The position numbers were made by a program, and so were the translations under genes. The notes under the pieces were generated by a model. That model saw only the letters and a list, made by a program, of their open reading frames with translations, did no database searches and was not told the origin of the DNA. From Auanema rhodensis (taxonomy: Eukaryota; Animalia; Nematoda), in assembly GCA_964057225.1 (NCBI GenBank), contig OZ059895.1, forward strand, positions 16,430,001 to 16,494,000: DNA of 64,000 nt. Direction: 5' to 3'. Positions 27,940 to 41,095 of the stretch are shown piece by piece (position 1 is the stretch's first letter; every line of letters begins with the position of its first letter).

Positions 27940-30900
27940 GTAGTTGACTTCTGGAGCACGTCTATCGTAACAATACTGACGTCATTGTCATTTTTCATTG
28001 GAAAAAGTTATATAAGATTGAACAAGTAGAGAGAGAGAGAGAAAAAGAGAAAGATACATTTTATAAAGAGTTAAAGAGCTATAAAGAACCTTAAAAAGCA
28101 AGAGAGGAAGAGAAGAAATATTGAGGTCTGTTATGATATGACGTCATCAAGGTCAATTGACTGAATTGAACGTTAACTCATTAGTTATGACCAGGACTGA
28201 TGATGTAAAGATGAGAGAGAAAAGCTATAAAAGAGCTCATTATCTGACAATGATACATGTAACTAATCCTTAAAATAAATAAATCAATTCTATTATTCTT
28301 TTTTATTGAAAAAAGTGTCTCAGAGGGAGGGATTGAATGAGATAATGTGGGGAAAAGGTTGGGATTGAAAGTTTTTGACCAAACACAAGAGAATAAGATA
28401 ATAAAGAAATTATAAATTAATTAATTGATGAAAAACAAATAAAAGAAAGTTTTCCCTATCTTTCTCTCTCTCTATCTTTCTCTCTCGCTCTCTCTCTCTC
28501 TCGTAGTTGCTCTTTAAGAGAATACAAAGGTGTTAAGCTGGTAATACATCATGTGTATGAGTACCTCTCGGTTTCTCTGTTTCTCTCTTACACACATACA
28601 CTCTCTCTATTTCTGTATCAATGAGGTTTCTTAAAGTTCTAACTGAGGTCAAAGGCGGATCAGTATCAAGCTTATTAGTGTACTTAAGCTGTTAGTGACA
28701 CAAAATATAGAATAGATTAACTGACTATAGATAGGATTAGTATCTATCATACACACTTTGATTTTCTTGAATAAACTTATCCAAACGATAGGCATGTTCA
28801 TTGATTATATTATACATATAGTTAACTAGAGAGGAGGGATCTATATATATAGTTAATTAGAATAAGTTGAAACTTGCTCTATTGCAACTTGACGTTAGTG
28901 ATACGGTAGTTAAGCTAAAGCTTTCAAAGCTATATAAGGCATAGTAAAGATATCGGACGAAAGAAAAAGAATATTTGTTTGGATTCTGATTTCATTTAAG
29001 ATGTGTAAGAGAATAGTTAACAACTACAGCCTAAGTTGCTTGCTTGTTGCTAACTTTATGTGATATTCAGGCTATTCCATAATCTTTTTATTCTGCATAT
29101 AGTTAACGGCATTTATAACTATATGCGATTTGCTTATAGCTTATATGGATTCAACCTCAATCATTCTGCTACTCTCATGATGTTTTTGACCTGAATATAT
29201 CTAATGATGTATTAGATTCTTATGACCAGTGTATATGGCTTGATGTTGATGATGATCATGCTCCTGCTCAAGCTGCTGCTCAAGCTGATGATGATTAGAC
29301 GACAAGCTATACATATGGACATGTCACACCTTCTCTAATAGTGTTATACAAATTATAATAGATGATTGATCATTCTGTCTTTTGATTTGTATTTTTTTGT
29401 AATTTTTCATCAAATCAAAGCTATAAAAAACTGTCTAACTGCCTATTTCTCTCATCTAATCCATGTAATCTCTCAGTTTCTAATAAGAATATGACTAGAG
29501 AGAGAGAGAGAGAGACAGTAAGATACATATACAGATCATGATAGATACATCATGAATCAAATCATATCCTTCTAATATGATTCTAAAGAGAGAGAGAGAG
29601 GGAGAGAGATGACTATCTAATTCAAATATAATGGATTAACTGACAAAATTGACAGCTAGAGACTATAAGTTATGAAGAGATATAGAGAAAAAGACAACGA
29701 ATGAATAGCAGGTATGACTTTGGCAGTAAATTAAGAAAAACAACAAAACCAACAACATATAAAACATGATAGACAGTTTTTTTGATTGTATTTTCTTGAT
29801 TGAATGAGAAAAATGGCTGAGAGATATGAGGGAGTGGAGGGGGGGACGAATCCATTTGACATGATATGCTGTGAAACAAAGTTGCAAAAGAGAATTATAT
29901 GCCTTAACTATATGTATAGTAAGGTGAATAAGATAAAAAGTAATGCTAAACGAGCCATCTCAGGATCTGACAACGGCAACAACAGCATTCAGAATGCTTG
30001 GCGAAGGCGTTACGACCACCCGCCCGACAACATGAAAGATGCATGTTGTAGTAGTAGGCAGCGCTGGATAGCGCATTACCGTAATCGGACTCGGCTATGG
30101 GATGGCGAAAGGAGCGAAAAAGATGGAGCGAATGTGTATAAGTGAACGAGGGAAAAATGGTGAAGATTTGGTTGAACATTCTCTTTCTTTGAATCGTTGT
30201 TGTTGTCGTCTTCGTCGTCGTCGTCATCGTTCTGGAGGTCTCGTCTTCGTTTGGATGTTTTTTTTCTCTTTGCTCTCGTACTTCAAGGTGAAAATTTCAT
30301 TTGATGAAGGAAAAACATTGGAAAAATGAGAAGAAAAGAAAAGAACAACGAATTGAAGACTATGAAATGAAATAAATAGGATAATAGAGAAAGGTTTGCG
30401 AGGTTGAGTAGCAGGGAGATAGTGATGGACTTGAACGAATCTTTGTTTGTCGGCTTGTCGTTGAATTCTCGTTATCAGTGCTCTTCATCAGTCGTCCATC
30501 TTCTCAATCCGTCCTCAACTTCAGCTTCTTTGACTTCTTCTTCTTCCTCTCCTTCATCAACTCTTTGCAATGTTCTCTTTTTTGCTACGGACAGTCAAAT
30601 GAAGAAATGACTGCGTTACAAAGAGATAAGAGAGAGAGAGAGGGAGGAAATATTGCTGAAAGGTGTGCGAAGCTCAAAGGTTTTATCGCACATTGAGCCA
30701 AAGCAGAAGAAGAAGAAGAAACAGAAGAAGAAGTAGTAGTAGATGATGATGATAATGATGATGATGAAGAGGAAATTGATATTTCAGAAAACAGAGACGA
30801 CAAGATAATGAAGAAAACGAAACAGCTGAACAAGAATCTAAAAGGCTGTCACACAGTGTTCCAGTAGGTGTCCGACATATGTTCACACTACCCGATACCC

Positions 30901-32804
30901 TTGGGGGTTTTGTTGCTATCTTTTCACCCTTAAACTAGCCTCTCATTTGCTTCTCGTCTTGTCTTCTTTTTCGTTTTCTGCCCCTTTTCACACCTGCTCC
31001 ACCACTACAAGAGAAGAAGAGAAGAGGTATGGGAGAGAAAGGAAGGGATAGGTAAGGTGATGCTGACAGATCGAAATCATCTTCAATTCATTTGCTAAGA
31101 TGATGATGATGATGATGAAGAAAAAGTAGCCAAAAAGTAGTGTATCAGATGCTTCATCCAATGTCTGCTCCAATCTCAGATTACTGACCAGACGTGTCGA
31201 GTGGCGGAAAGATTTGCCTTCCGTTACGTATAGTCATCTGAAGGTTTTGGATTCTCGATAACCATACTATTCACATGAACATAGCTCGTTTACTCAGTCA
31301 ACTTGCCTTTTGGTCTCATGTTATGCCTGATTCTCACTTTCATGCAAAAGCTTAAGCTCTCCGTTTCCGGAAATAGCTACCATCAGCTGTTGGAGAGATC
31401 CGATTTGGAGAGAAGAGACACAGAAGAACATTGTCATCATCATTACTAGGCTGAGTCGTCATCTCTATAACTCGAAGCTTGGCAGATTCATGAATGATAT
31501 TGCTTCAGCTGGTGGTATACATGGCATACGATCTGTTTTTGACATCAGAAGATGGTGTGAAACAGAATCAAATAAGGAGCGAATCACGAGTACGAGAGAA
31601 AGAAGAAGCTGAAGCTTGAATGGAAAGATGAATCTATACTTTCCATCTAAGAACAGATTACATTACCACATTCAATGAAGAATCATGAAAGCTGTTTGTG
31701 TGCTCAGAATGATGCTCAAATGAAAAACATTAGTACGCTGATGCTTGGATTGGAAAAAGAAGCTTAGGAAGACGAGTACGACGATGATGAGGACGATGAG
31801 ATAGAATGAAGAAGGAATGTATGGAATCAAAAAGAAACCATAGAAGAAGCCTTCTATTGAAATGACACACTACAGCACAAATCAACTACACACACGAAAC
31901 ATGAACACAAGTATTTTTCTCTGCACTCTCTTCGATTACCGTTGTCTCTCTTCGCAGTTGTAGCTTCAGAAAGGACTACGGTAGATGCAATACAGCCGAC
32001 ACCTAGTGAGTTAGCGGTATGCTGCCGTTGATGATGATGTCAAGTGCTGAATGAGATGCGACAGAATACTGAAGGCGATCAACGTTCGATGACAAAAGAC
32101 ACAAAACGGGATTAACGAATTTCATGATGATGTGAAAACGAGTAGTTTGAGTGAGGAAGAGAGATGGAGAGATAGTGAGAGAGTGATTTGCGGTAAAGAG
32201 GATTGCATATGCTTGAGGCTAAGATAATGATTGTAATATAGAAGACGTGAAAGAAAAGGAGAGGGGGGGGGTCTATCTAAGGCAGTTTCTGGGATTCAGA
32301 AGGCATTTTACCTCATCATACTCGTTCGATTGAATGTTCGACTATAAAGTCGTCAAGTTAATGTCATTCAAATAAAATTTCGGAAAAAAAAATTAATTTT
32401 CGACTGACAAGACTAGCCCGAAAACCTTTGAAAGAAAGTCTGTAAGATGAGAAAGAAAAAGATCTTCTTAAAGGATATCCATAAAACGTATCTCAATCGG
32501 CCTAATAACTGTCAGTATTTGGCCAATTTTGTTCGTCATCAATGCTTCTGAGCTTGACGACAAGTATGATGAGAACAGTATTACGAGACGTCTTCATGTC
32601 TAGTGAATGCATCATCATCATCATGTGTGGCTATATTCATAAAAAAAAGTTGGAAATTATTTGAAAAGATGAGAGCAGAGAGAGAGGGGGGGGGCAGAAA
32701 AATAAAAAGGAAAATCTATGATGTGCTTGGACTCGTAATCATAATCGACCGTTATTTCATCGTTTTCACTTGAAAATATTCTCAAAACAATGCCGACTGA
32801 TGAT

Positions 32805-32930
32805 TCACGTGAACCACGTGAAATGTAAAATTTCATTTTGATATGTTAAAACGTTAACATCGGTTGCTTGTTATCGATTAGAATAGTTTGAACTTCTCTA
32901 TTATTCTAGTAAGTAAGTAAGTAAGCAAGT
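32805..32930 (+). promoter_or_regulatory. Candidate Sowah promoter/5' leader: double E-box plus tandem GTAAGT donor array
   Basis: TCACGTGAACCACGTG at 32805-32820 and GTAAGTAAGTAAGTAAGC at 32909-32926, 125-245 nt upstream of ATG 33050. Confidence 0.4.
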
Positions 32931-33049
32931 AATTTATATTTTTGTGATATCATATGATGTACGGAGCAAATAATATGATCACCCTTTTTTTATTATTAAC
33001 TAATGTACTTTAATGAATAGCGATTTGATATGAAATTATATAGTTTAGA

Positions 33050-33352
33050 ATGCCAGCCGTTGAGCAAGATACTCCTGGATTACAGCAAACTATAATGAAT
33101 TTCATATATCCACGTGAGGTTGGTTGTATACTCGTTAGAAGGCGTTAGTATGAAAATGATATTTATAGACGCCACTTGCTCAGTCAGGCTTACATTCAAG
33201 CAGTGAATCAGTAGGACCACTTGATGATGAATCTGTATGCTTTAAAGAATTCGTAAATGATGTGAATGACTTTTTCTTATTTTCAGGAGACACCAGCATT
33301 GGATGCCGTAGCAGGTGAAACTAGCCATATTAGTAGTCCACCGTCTGAAGAG
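33050..33352 (+). CDS. Three short phase-0 coding exons (69/66/66 nt), probable 5' end of the Sowah gene
   Basis: TTTAG|AATG start, then MPAVEQDTPGLQQTIMNFIYPRE, GTTGGT..TTTATAG (50 nt), TPLAQSGLHSSSESVGPLDDES, GTATGC..TTTTCAG (52 nt), ETPALDAVAGETSHISSPPSEE, donor GTATGA. No stop codon, so it needs a downstream exon. Confidence 0.7.
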
Positions 33353-36300
33353 GTATGAAATCTCTTTACTTCAACTCTTGAGTACCGTAGTAGTAATCAT
33401 TGATGCTTTGATGTGTGTTATATTCGAACCCATGTTATTAGTAGATATCTAGTGAATGAGATAATCATGTAGGTGTACATGTGTTAAACGCAAAGTTTGA
33501 CTACATTCCGTCATTAAGTTGGCTTAACAACCTGCTATTTATCATGCTGCTGCTTCTCATCCTTCATCTAACCACTATTATCTGTTGAGACGGCGTATTT
33601 GCGGTTTTGTCAACGAGCTGTAGCAACTAATAGCTATTTGATTTGTGAAAATATTGGTTTTTCCCCCCCAATAATACTAATAATAACAGGCGTGAAATGG
33701 TGATTTATCGGTTTCGTTTGCTGTTTACGCACATGTGTGTGCTTACCGACCGATGAAGAGGAAATGAGTTGATAGGGAGTGAACGAGAAAGTCTTCTGAA
33801 TCAAGGCAACAGAAGCAAACCATATTCTAATTATGGAAATTGTATCAGCATAAGCTTAGAAACGTTTTTGTTTGAAATAGCTGCGTTGAAGGTCAGGCAA
33901 GAATCAAAAGATTAAAACAATGGATGATCGCTTAGTGCCACGATGGATTTTTGGTTTTTCTTCTACATATCCAGGAAAGAATATGAGAGATATAGCTCTT
34001 GTTGTTTTCTATCAAATACTCAATCTTCACACAGCATTTCTGTTCTACTCTAAGGCTATTGAACAAGCTCGTTGTATTGGTGTTGCTGGTGGCCCGTATC
34101 AGATAGTATGTCAGTCGAGCCAACCAGGTCTTATTCTCTAAAGATAGATGAAAATTGAGGTGAGGAATGTGCCAAGAAAACATATGTCAACCTAGATAGA
34201 TGGTGTCAATTAGAGGTGTTAAGAGGGGCCAGAAGCAAGACAACAACTGTTAAGACAGATTGCTTCATCTTTACTCGTCCTTCTATCAGCCTGATTCTTG
34301 TTCTAGGTCTTTTTGCTCTTAAACATACATCTACATTTCATAATACGTCTATATTGCTGTTTCAACCAGCTTTTCTCAATCTATGTGAGCTGGTATTTGG
34401 TTTGGAAGCTGAAAGTAGTGAGAACGGACTGAATAAGAAGCATTGCAACAGTAAAAGAAGCACGGCGTTGTTCGTGTTTCAACTTGGAAAACACAATAAC
34501 TGCTATATCAGTTTACTTGTTAGTAGAATTGAGAATGAGAATATATGGAATAGATATATGTATATTTATATTTCTTTCAAAAGAGCTTGATAGCGAAGAT
34601 TTGAAGAAGAATACGACGAATATTTGATTATAAGATCTATATGAAGATCTAACATTGACAAAGCCGTAGGCTATTTGTGATTCGGATTTGAGTAGATATT
34701 ATTCTTCCACAAGTAGCTACTACTACTACATCTAAACGATTTATGAGACATAGAGAGATAATATTTTTCATGAAATAAGATCGAAATTGAAAGCATGGAT
34801 AATATAGAGAGTAAAGTTGAAAGACAGGGAAAGCTGCTTAGTCAGCTACATTAGGAAAAAATGATTCAAAATGAAATATAGGGAGACTAAGAAGAAATAG
34901 GGGTGGACAAAAGAGATTTAAGTCTTATTCAGGAGAGAATACGAAAATTACTTCAATTCTACACTTCTATCCGCATCTCTCTCTCTCTCTCTCTTTCGCT
35001 CTTTCTGTCTCGTTTTTTCTTCGGGTTTCTTGTTCTTTCAACTTTGTCTTTGAAGTTAAGCATGATGACGAGTTGATGGCCATCTCAATACAGTCTGACT
35101 TCGTATCGTTTGGACTAATATATGGCCATGATGATGAGGTCAGAACCGTCTAATCGGCTTGTGCCATATCTCGCCCGACACATGAATTGCACGATGAAAT
35201 TGTCTTGAAATGCTTTTTTCGGTATCTTGTCAAAAGAAAACGGTTCCTTGAAGTTCATACTGCATCACATACCCAATTGCTGTCTTTCCCCCTCTCTCTC
35301 TCTCTCCATCTCTTTCTCTCTCTACCTCTCTATCTTTTCGTTTTCATACTGAATATTCCAAACTCCTAACTCATTTAACCCTCAATATTGTTCGTTTTCA
35401 TTGTCGCTAATTTGAAAAGTGACGGCAGATTATTGGTCAGGCAGCATCTGATTTATGGCTCTGTGGATTCACATCCATTACGGCCACATAGGCATCAATT
35501 TGAGTACAAACGCCTGTTAACACGCCTGGACGAACGCTTCTGACGCCATGTGGGTGTTCACATACGGTAGTTGAAAAGAGATTTTTGGCAAATGAGAAAG
35601 ACAGGGGGTCTGAGAGAAGAAGGGGATCAAAAAAGTTTTTTAATCTTTTTTTCTCTTGCGGATCTCTCAGCAACAAGGCTACAATGACAATGGCAACAAC
35701 ATATCAACTACATGATGTGAATAAGAAGATTTGAAACAAGAATACGTAGTTAGTGAATGTTGATAATCTAAGAATGATCGCAGTGCTTCAAGTATTACAA
35801 TGATTTAGTTGAAGAATGGAATTTGTAATCTAAATGAATACAGTACCCTCTCTCTATGGCTTGTTCGTTCTTCTACAAAAAGGTTGACCAACTAGATATT
35901 GAAATATAGATGTTATATCGAAGAGAAGTGAACCAGATGATCAAGTAGAGACAGGTAGTAGTACTACTAGTAGGAGTAATAGGAGTAATAGTAATACTAT
36001 TGGAAGTGAAGAGAAACATGGTGTGCGACACCGATTTCTGATTGAAAATACATTTTTTTTGTGAAAAATGAGGACATAAAGTGTATGAATAACGGTAGAA
36101 AACTGTTGAAAGAATATACGAAGAAGATGACATAGAGCCAGTCAAGCCAGTCACAGAAAGTAACGGATAGCGGGATTGTATTTTTGGCCAAATTTTACGA
36201 TTGATTAGCCTTTTTTCATTTGGGATTCGTTTTTTTGTTCTGTTGAAAGAAAATGTATGTCGATGAGTAAATATAGATAGATAAAGGAAAATAGATGTCG

Positions 36301-39300
36301 AAAACGACACAGCTGACCCTAAGATGGAAAGCTACAACATGTTGTTCTCGAATGTTCGTTAATCGAGGACGGACTTGTAGAAAATTTTGGAGGAAACCAA
36401 AAAAAATATTGAATTGCGGTCGTGAATGGGTGACAAATCTTTGGACAAACAGTTCTGGTGGGGACAATTCAAGAAGAAGCTAGGAAAACAGCTTGTTTCG
36501 TTTGATATGTATGTGTCTATTTCTATGATTTCTGCTATACTTTGGGAAAATGAGAGTTTTGTTATAAAGTTGTCGACGGTAACAGAAGTATGCTGAAAGT
36601 TTGGATGTGATGGCTTTGACTTTGGCTTGATATAGCCTTTCAACTGTCCGACTTGTCGTTGAGACAGTTTTTCTATTGCTTGCTAGATCGAACAGCTCAC
36701 ATCTGTTGTGCTAGTCTTGTCATGTCTTCCTGAAATTTTTCGTTCATGAAGTCGAGCCATCTGGAATTTGCTAATCCATTCTTCAGATTTGTTCGCTTTT
36801 CCCTGTTTGGACAAGCAATCGCCGAGAGAGAGAGTTTAAAAGACAAGAAAAAAATCCAATAAGTTCACACTCTCTTCATGTCTTCGTTTCCGATTGACTT
36901 TAAAGGACGAAACATGGCAGAGCATCTCTTTCGGCTCACAATGCCCAGCTCTGATTCAGCTACGATGATCGACGAGAGTATTGTTTAACAGGGTTCCAAA
37001 CATGTTGCATGAGATAAGCCTATGACTCTATTTGGATAACTGCAAGTGTTGGCTGGTTGAAAGCCGCAACGAAACAGTTGAACAACATGTTATTGTTATG
37101 AACAAGTAGTTTAACTAAGATACCTAAGTGGCAAGAAATGGACGAAAAACCATTTCCACCGAATTGAAACGATGAGAGAAGATGATGTTGTCTGTCTTGA
37201 AGTCGGTGTTTAAGTATTAAAGGATTGTCAATGTCTCTTCGTTTGTAGACACTTTCTCAACTCTCTTTATTGCTTTATCTCCTTCTTTTTCGTTTTCTCG
37301 AAGCATCATACACAACGACAAGTAGTAAGATGTGTGAGAGGAGCTAAGCCTCAGTGTTACTGTCGGCTTACGAAAGCTCAGAATAGTTGTTGAGTTGCCT
37401 TTAAGAAAACAACAAAAACATAGGAAAGAGGAGAATAATGAGACACAAATTCTAAAGTTTTGATATCGATTACAACCGGCTATATTAGCTGATTGTCATT
37501 GAATTCCGACGTAAGTGTGTATGTCTGTGTGTGTGTGTGTGGGTGTCACACATGTATGTGGGTCCTTCTACTGTCTGACAGTCGGATATTCAGACAGTTT
37601 AGCTTATGACTGTCTATCTGTTTGATGTTAGCTGTTGTGATACCAACTAACATCAAGATCTTTCGAATATAAACTTTGTTGTTTTGGTGCATATGTGTAA
37701 CAGCATACGAACTACAAATTGATCTTCAGAATTTCATATATGGCTAATGAAATTGTGAATATGCTGCTGTAATATCTTGACAGACTACATCATTCAGAAG
37801 GTTTAGCTGAATATAGCCTGGAGCTATTGAGTAGGAAGACTACAAAAGCTCATAAATAAAGATGTAAGAGATACATGAAAAGTATTGTGTATACATTTTG
37901 GATTATAAACGAACTTGATGCTCATATTCTCTATAATATGTGTATATAAGTACTTTATAAGATATATATCTAACTATATGAAGTGGAACATATACAGTGT
38001 GAGAGTGTATTAGATGACCAAAGAGAAAGAGAAGAGAAAGCATGATACTCAACGCAGTAGCAGCAGCAGCAGCAGCAGTAGTTCATGACCACAAGAAGGT
38101 TATCTAATCCTTTAATGAATTAGATACTTGAAAGGTCTTAAACGACACAAAAGTAGATGATGAAGGACCAGATGACGTATGTATATCTGGCATCCCATGA
38201 GCTATTATCCAACACAAATGTTCTCAAAACGACACATGTGAATATGAGGTTTGTGAGATATCACATGCACACATGCATAGAGAGAGAGCACAGCTTGATG
38301 CTCATCGGATTCTTTCTTTATGTTACTAATCCTTCTAATATGCATTAACCTGTCAATTTGATATAGAAGAATAGATATACATGAATGATGTGAAGAAGTT
38401 AACGATTATTGAATAGAAAGGTTAACTAGGCAAATAGTTTATAAAGATTAATATATAACTATAGTGTATAGTTAGTTATATGATAATAAAGTATATAAAT
38501 AGTAATTGCATCATCGATGATCATTTACTATATAAGCTATAACTAAGTTCTTTAATCCATATCTGATGATGTGAATAGAGTATGATGTGTGAGAGATGAT
38601 TGTTTTTGGATTTTCATTTGAAACATGCTCTAAGAGCCATACTTAGTAGGTCATTACATACACATTAGATTAGAGAATATTTTGTTATGGAATTAAGAAA
38701 GTTATTACATATAAATAACTTAACTATTACATATAGTTATTATGGAGGAGAGATTACACAATGCTACAGCTCTGTTTTTTCTTTTTCCTTTTTCTCGAAA
38801 AAACCTATTAGGTGAAAAGTTGGAGAAAAGAGAGAGAAAGAGAGAGGGAAGGGTGAACTAATCAATGATCTTTGTGGTATATAATTTGTCTGGAAAAATT
38901 ATTTCTTTTTCGAATTTAGCTCCTGTTTAGAATCTAATAACGGGGGGATGTGGTAAAGAAAGGGGGGAGGCAAACATGAATGATGAGGATGGAAAATTGG
39001 GTTTTCTGGTAGGTAATACTACTATCAGATGAAATATGGTATGTATAACATATGAATGACATAATGAATATAATGATGATTCAAGAAAATTTAGAGAAAA
39101 AATTAAAATTGAGTATTCGTCTTTTTTTTTAAAATGTTATATATGCTAGAAAATTAAACAATATGTCGCTAAAGACGCCTACGGCGATTCATGGAGGTGC
39201 TGCTGTGTCATTGGTCATACAGGGCGTCTGATATCCGCTTGATCTGCGCCTGGATCACACTGAATGTGATGCACATGAACATGTACACACCGTTGACGAA

Positions 39301-41063
39301 CTTGAAGGCATCTGTCTTTCGCTCTTTCTTTCCCGACTATCCATCGTTCACATGGCTATTCTTCATTGTTTCGCCTTTTATGGAGTTTGTGAGGATCACA
39401 TCTCTCCCACTCATTCTCTTACATAGTCAGTCGATTCTCGCTTTTCTTTCTCTTTTCTCCTTCTTCTTCTGGTCGTCATTTTGAAGACTGCAAGGCGTTA
39501 ATAGTGTCGGCGCCCCCGATTACTAGCCCTGAGGGGCATACGGTAGCCGACTGCTAGTGTGTGTGTCTGAGAAGGACTACAAGCTTTCATTGATGCTGGT
39601 GGTGGTGTTGACGACGACATCGACAACGATGGCCACCCACATCTGGGTGTGTGTATAATATTGCGAACTATTGGCGCTTAAATGAGACAATATTCTTAGC
39701 TGAAATTGAAACGAAATAAAGCAAGTTTTTCATCACGAATCTTTGAGATAAAATGAGGAAAAACAATAAAAAAAGCTGTGGTAAGCTGATGAAGAAAGGA
39801 GAAAGAGAGAGAGAGATACACGGAGAGAGAGAGAGAGAGAGAGAAAAAGAGAGGTAAAAGTTGAACGAGCAGCAAATGACAAAAACAGCTACAACGCCAA
39901 AACATGATAGACGACGAATGATGTTGATAGATGGGAAAATAGTTTGGGGAATGAATGAGTAAATGCTGATTGGTTACAAAGATTTTATGTGTGCTCTAAA
40001 TAGATGTGATTCTAGAAGAGCATAGAAAAGTAGTGTTTGATGGCGAAAAGATGAGCGAAGACGTGAAGATTAAATCAGATGAGATAAACGTCTTTAATTA
40101 GACATTTCGTTATTTGAAATATACGAGATTTGTGTGTGTGTGTGTATGTGTGAATCACACATATAATGCTCTGTGAAAAGCCGTATTTGACTAGTGTTGT
40201 TGATTCGTTCGTTTTGCTCCTGATTTAACATTGAAATAGAAGTCGAAACAAATGTATTACATCGAATTAATTTGGCTGATGATCTTTGTACGATATGCGT
40301 AAGAATGAAAAGGAGAAGAGCGAATGAGATGCTATGCTGTGCTGCTGCACACGACACACGTACGCACCATCATGGCATCTGATGATGTTGCCGCGAGGCG
40401 CACCCTCTGTCGGGATTCTGCGATGGTGTGGTGTATGAATGTGCCATGCCTGGTCAACTCTCTTATCAGCATGTTGTTAGTATGAATGTTGATTAAGCAT
40501 ACGGTAGATGGAATATGAATATATACGTAGTTTTTTTTTCACATGTACCTGATGAGGATGACAATCTTGAGCGTATAGAGGGAGAGAGAGAGAAAGAGAG
40601 AAAGATAAGTGTAGCAGTAGTGAGACAGAGAGTTTTGAGGTTATGGCTGTAGGTACTTGCTAACTGTTTTCACGACAAAACAACCGATTTGGCACGTCAA
40701 ACATATACACATAATAAGCTATTTTGCTCTATTTTGTTTTCGTTTACCTTACGCCACGTCAAGTGAAAATCACGTGACACGTGTTTTGATTGAAAAATGA
40801 ATAAAATTATGCTAATTAGCTTTAATGTAATGTTCATAATACTTTCTCTCTAAAATATAGATTTGAATGAGATTCAAATTGAAATCAATGATCGTGATGA
40901 AGAGTAAGCGTTAACTGACGTCTCAATGCTTTTCAAACTAGAAAAGCAAATAGAAATTGAGAGAAACAGCCGCCTAAAAGCTTTTATCTATCCTAATATG
41001 GAAATATGTTTTGATTCTCTTCTCTTTCAAGAACTGTTTAAGCACAAAAACTTTGGAAATGTA

Positions 41064-41095
<32 letters not shown>

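Noticed and set aside
29804-30145. 113-aa plus-strand ORF
   Set aside because: No recognisable motif or splice signals. It overlaps a TAACTATA island and the ATTACCGTAATC module, so it is more likely enhancer DNA.
39163-39484. GC-rich block with ORFs and an AGACGCC/GGCGTCT inverted repeat (possible miRNA)
   Set aside because: The frame from ATG 39163 hits TGA after 22 codons, and the stem has too many mismatches for a pre-miRNA.
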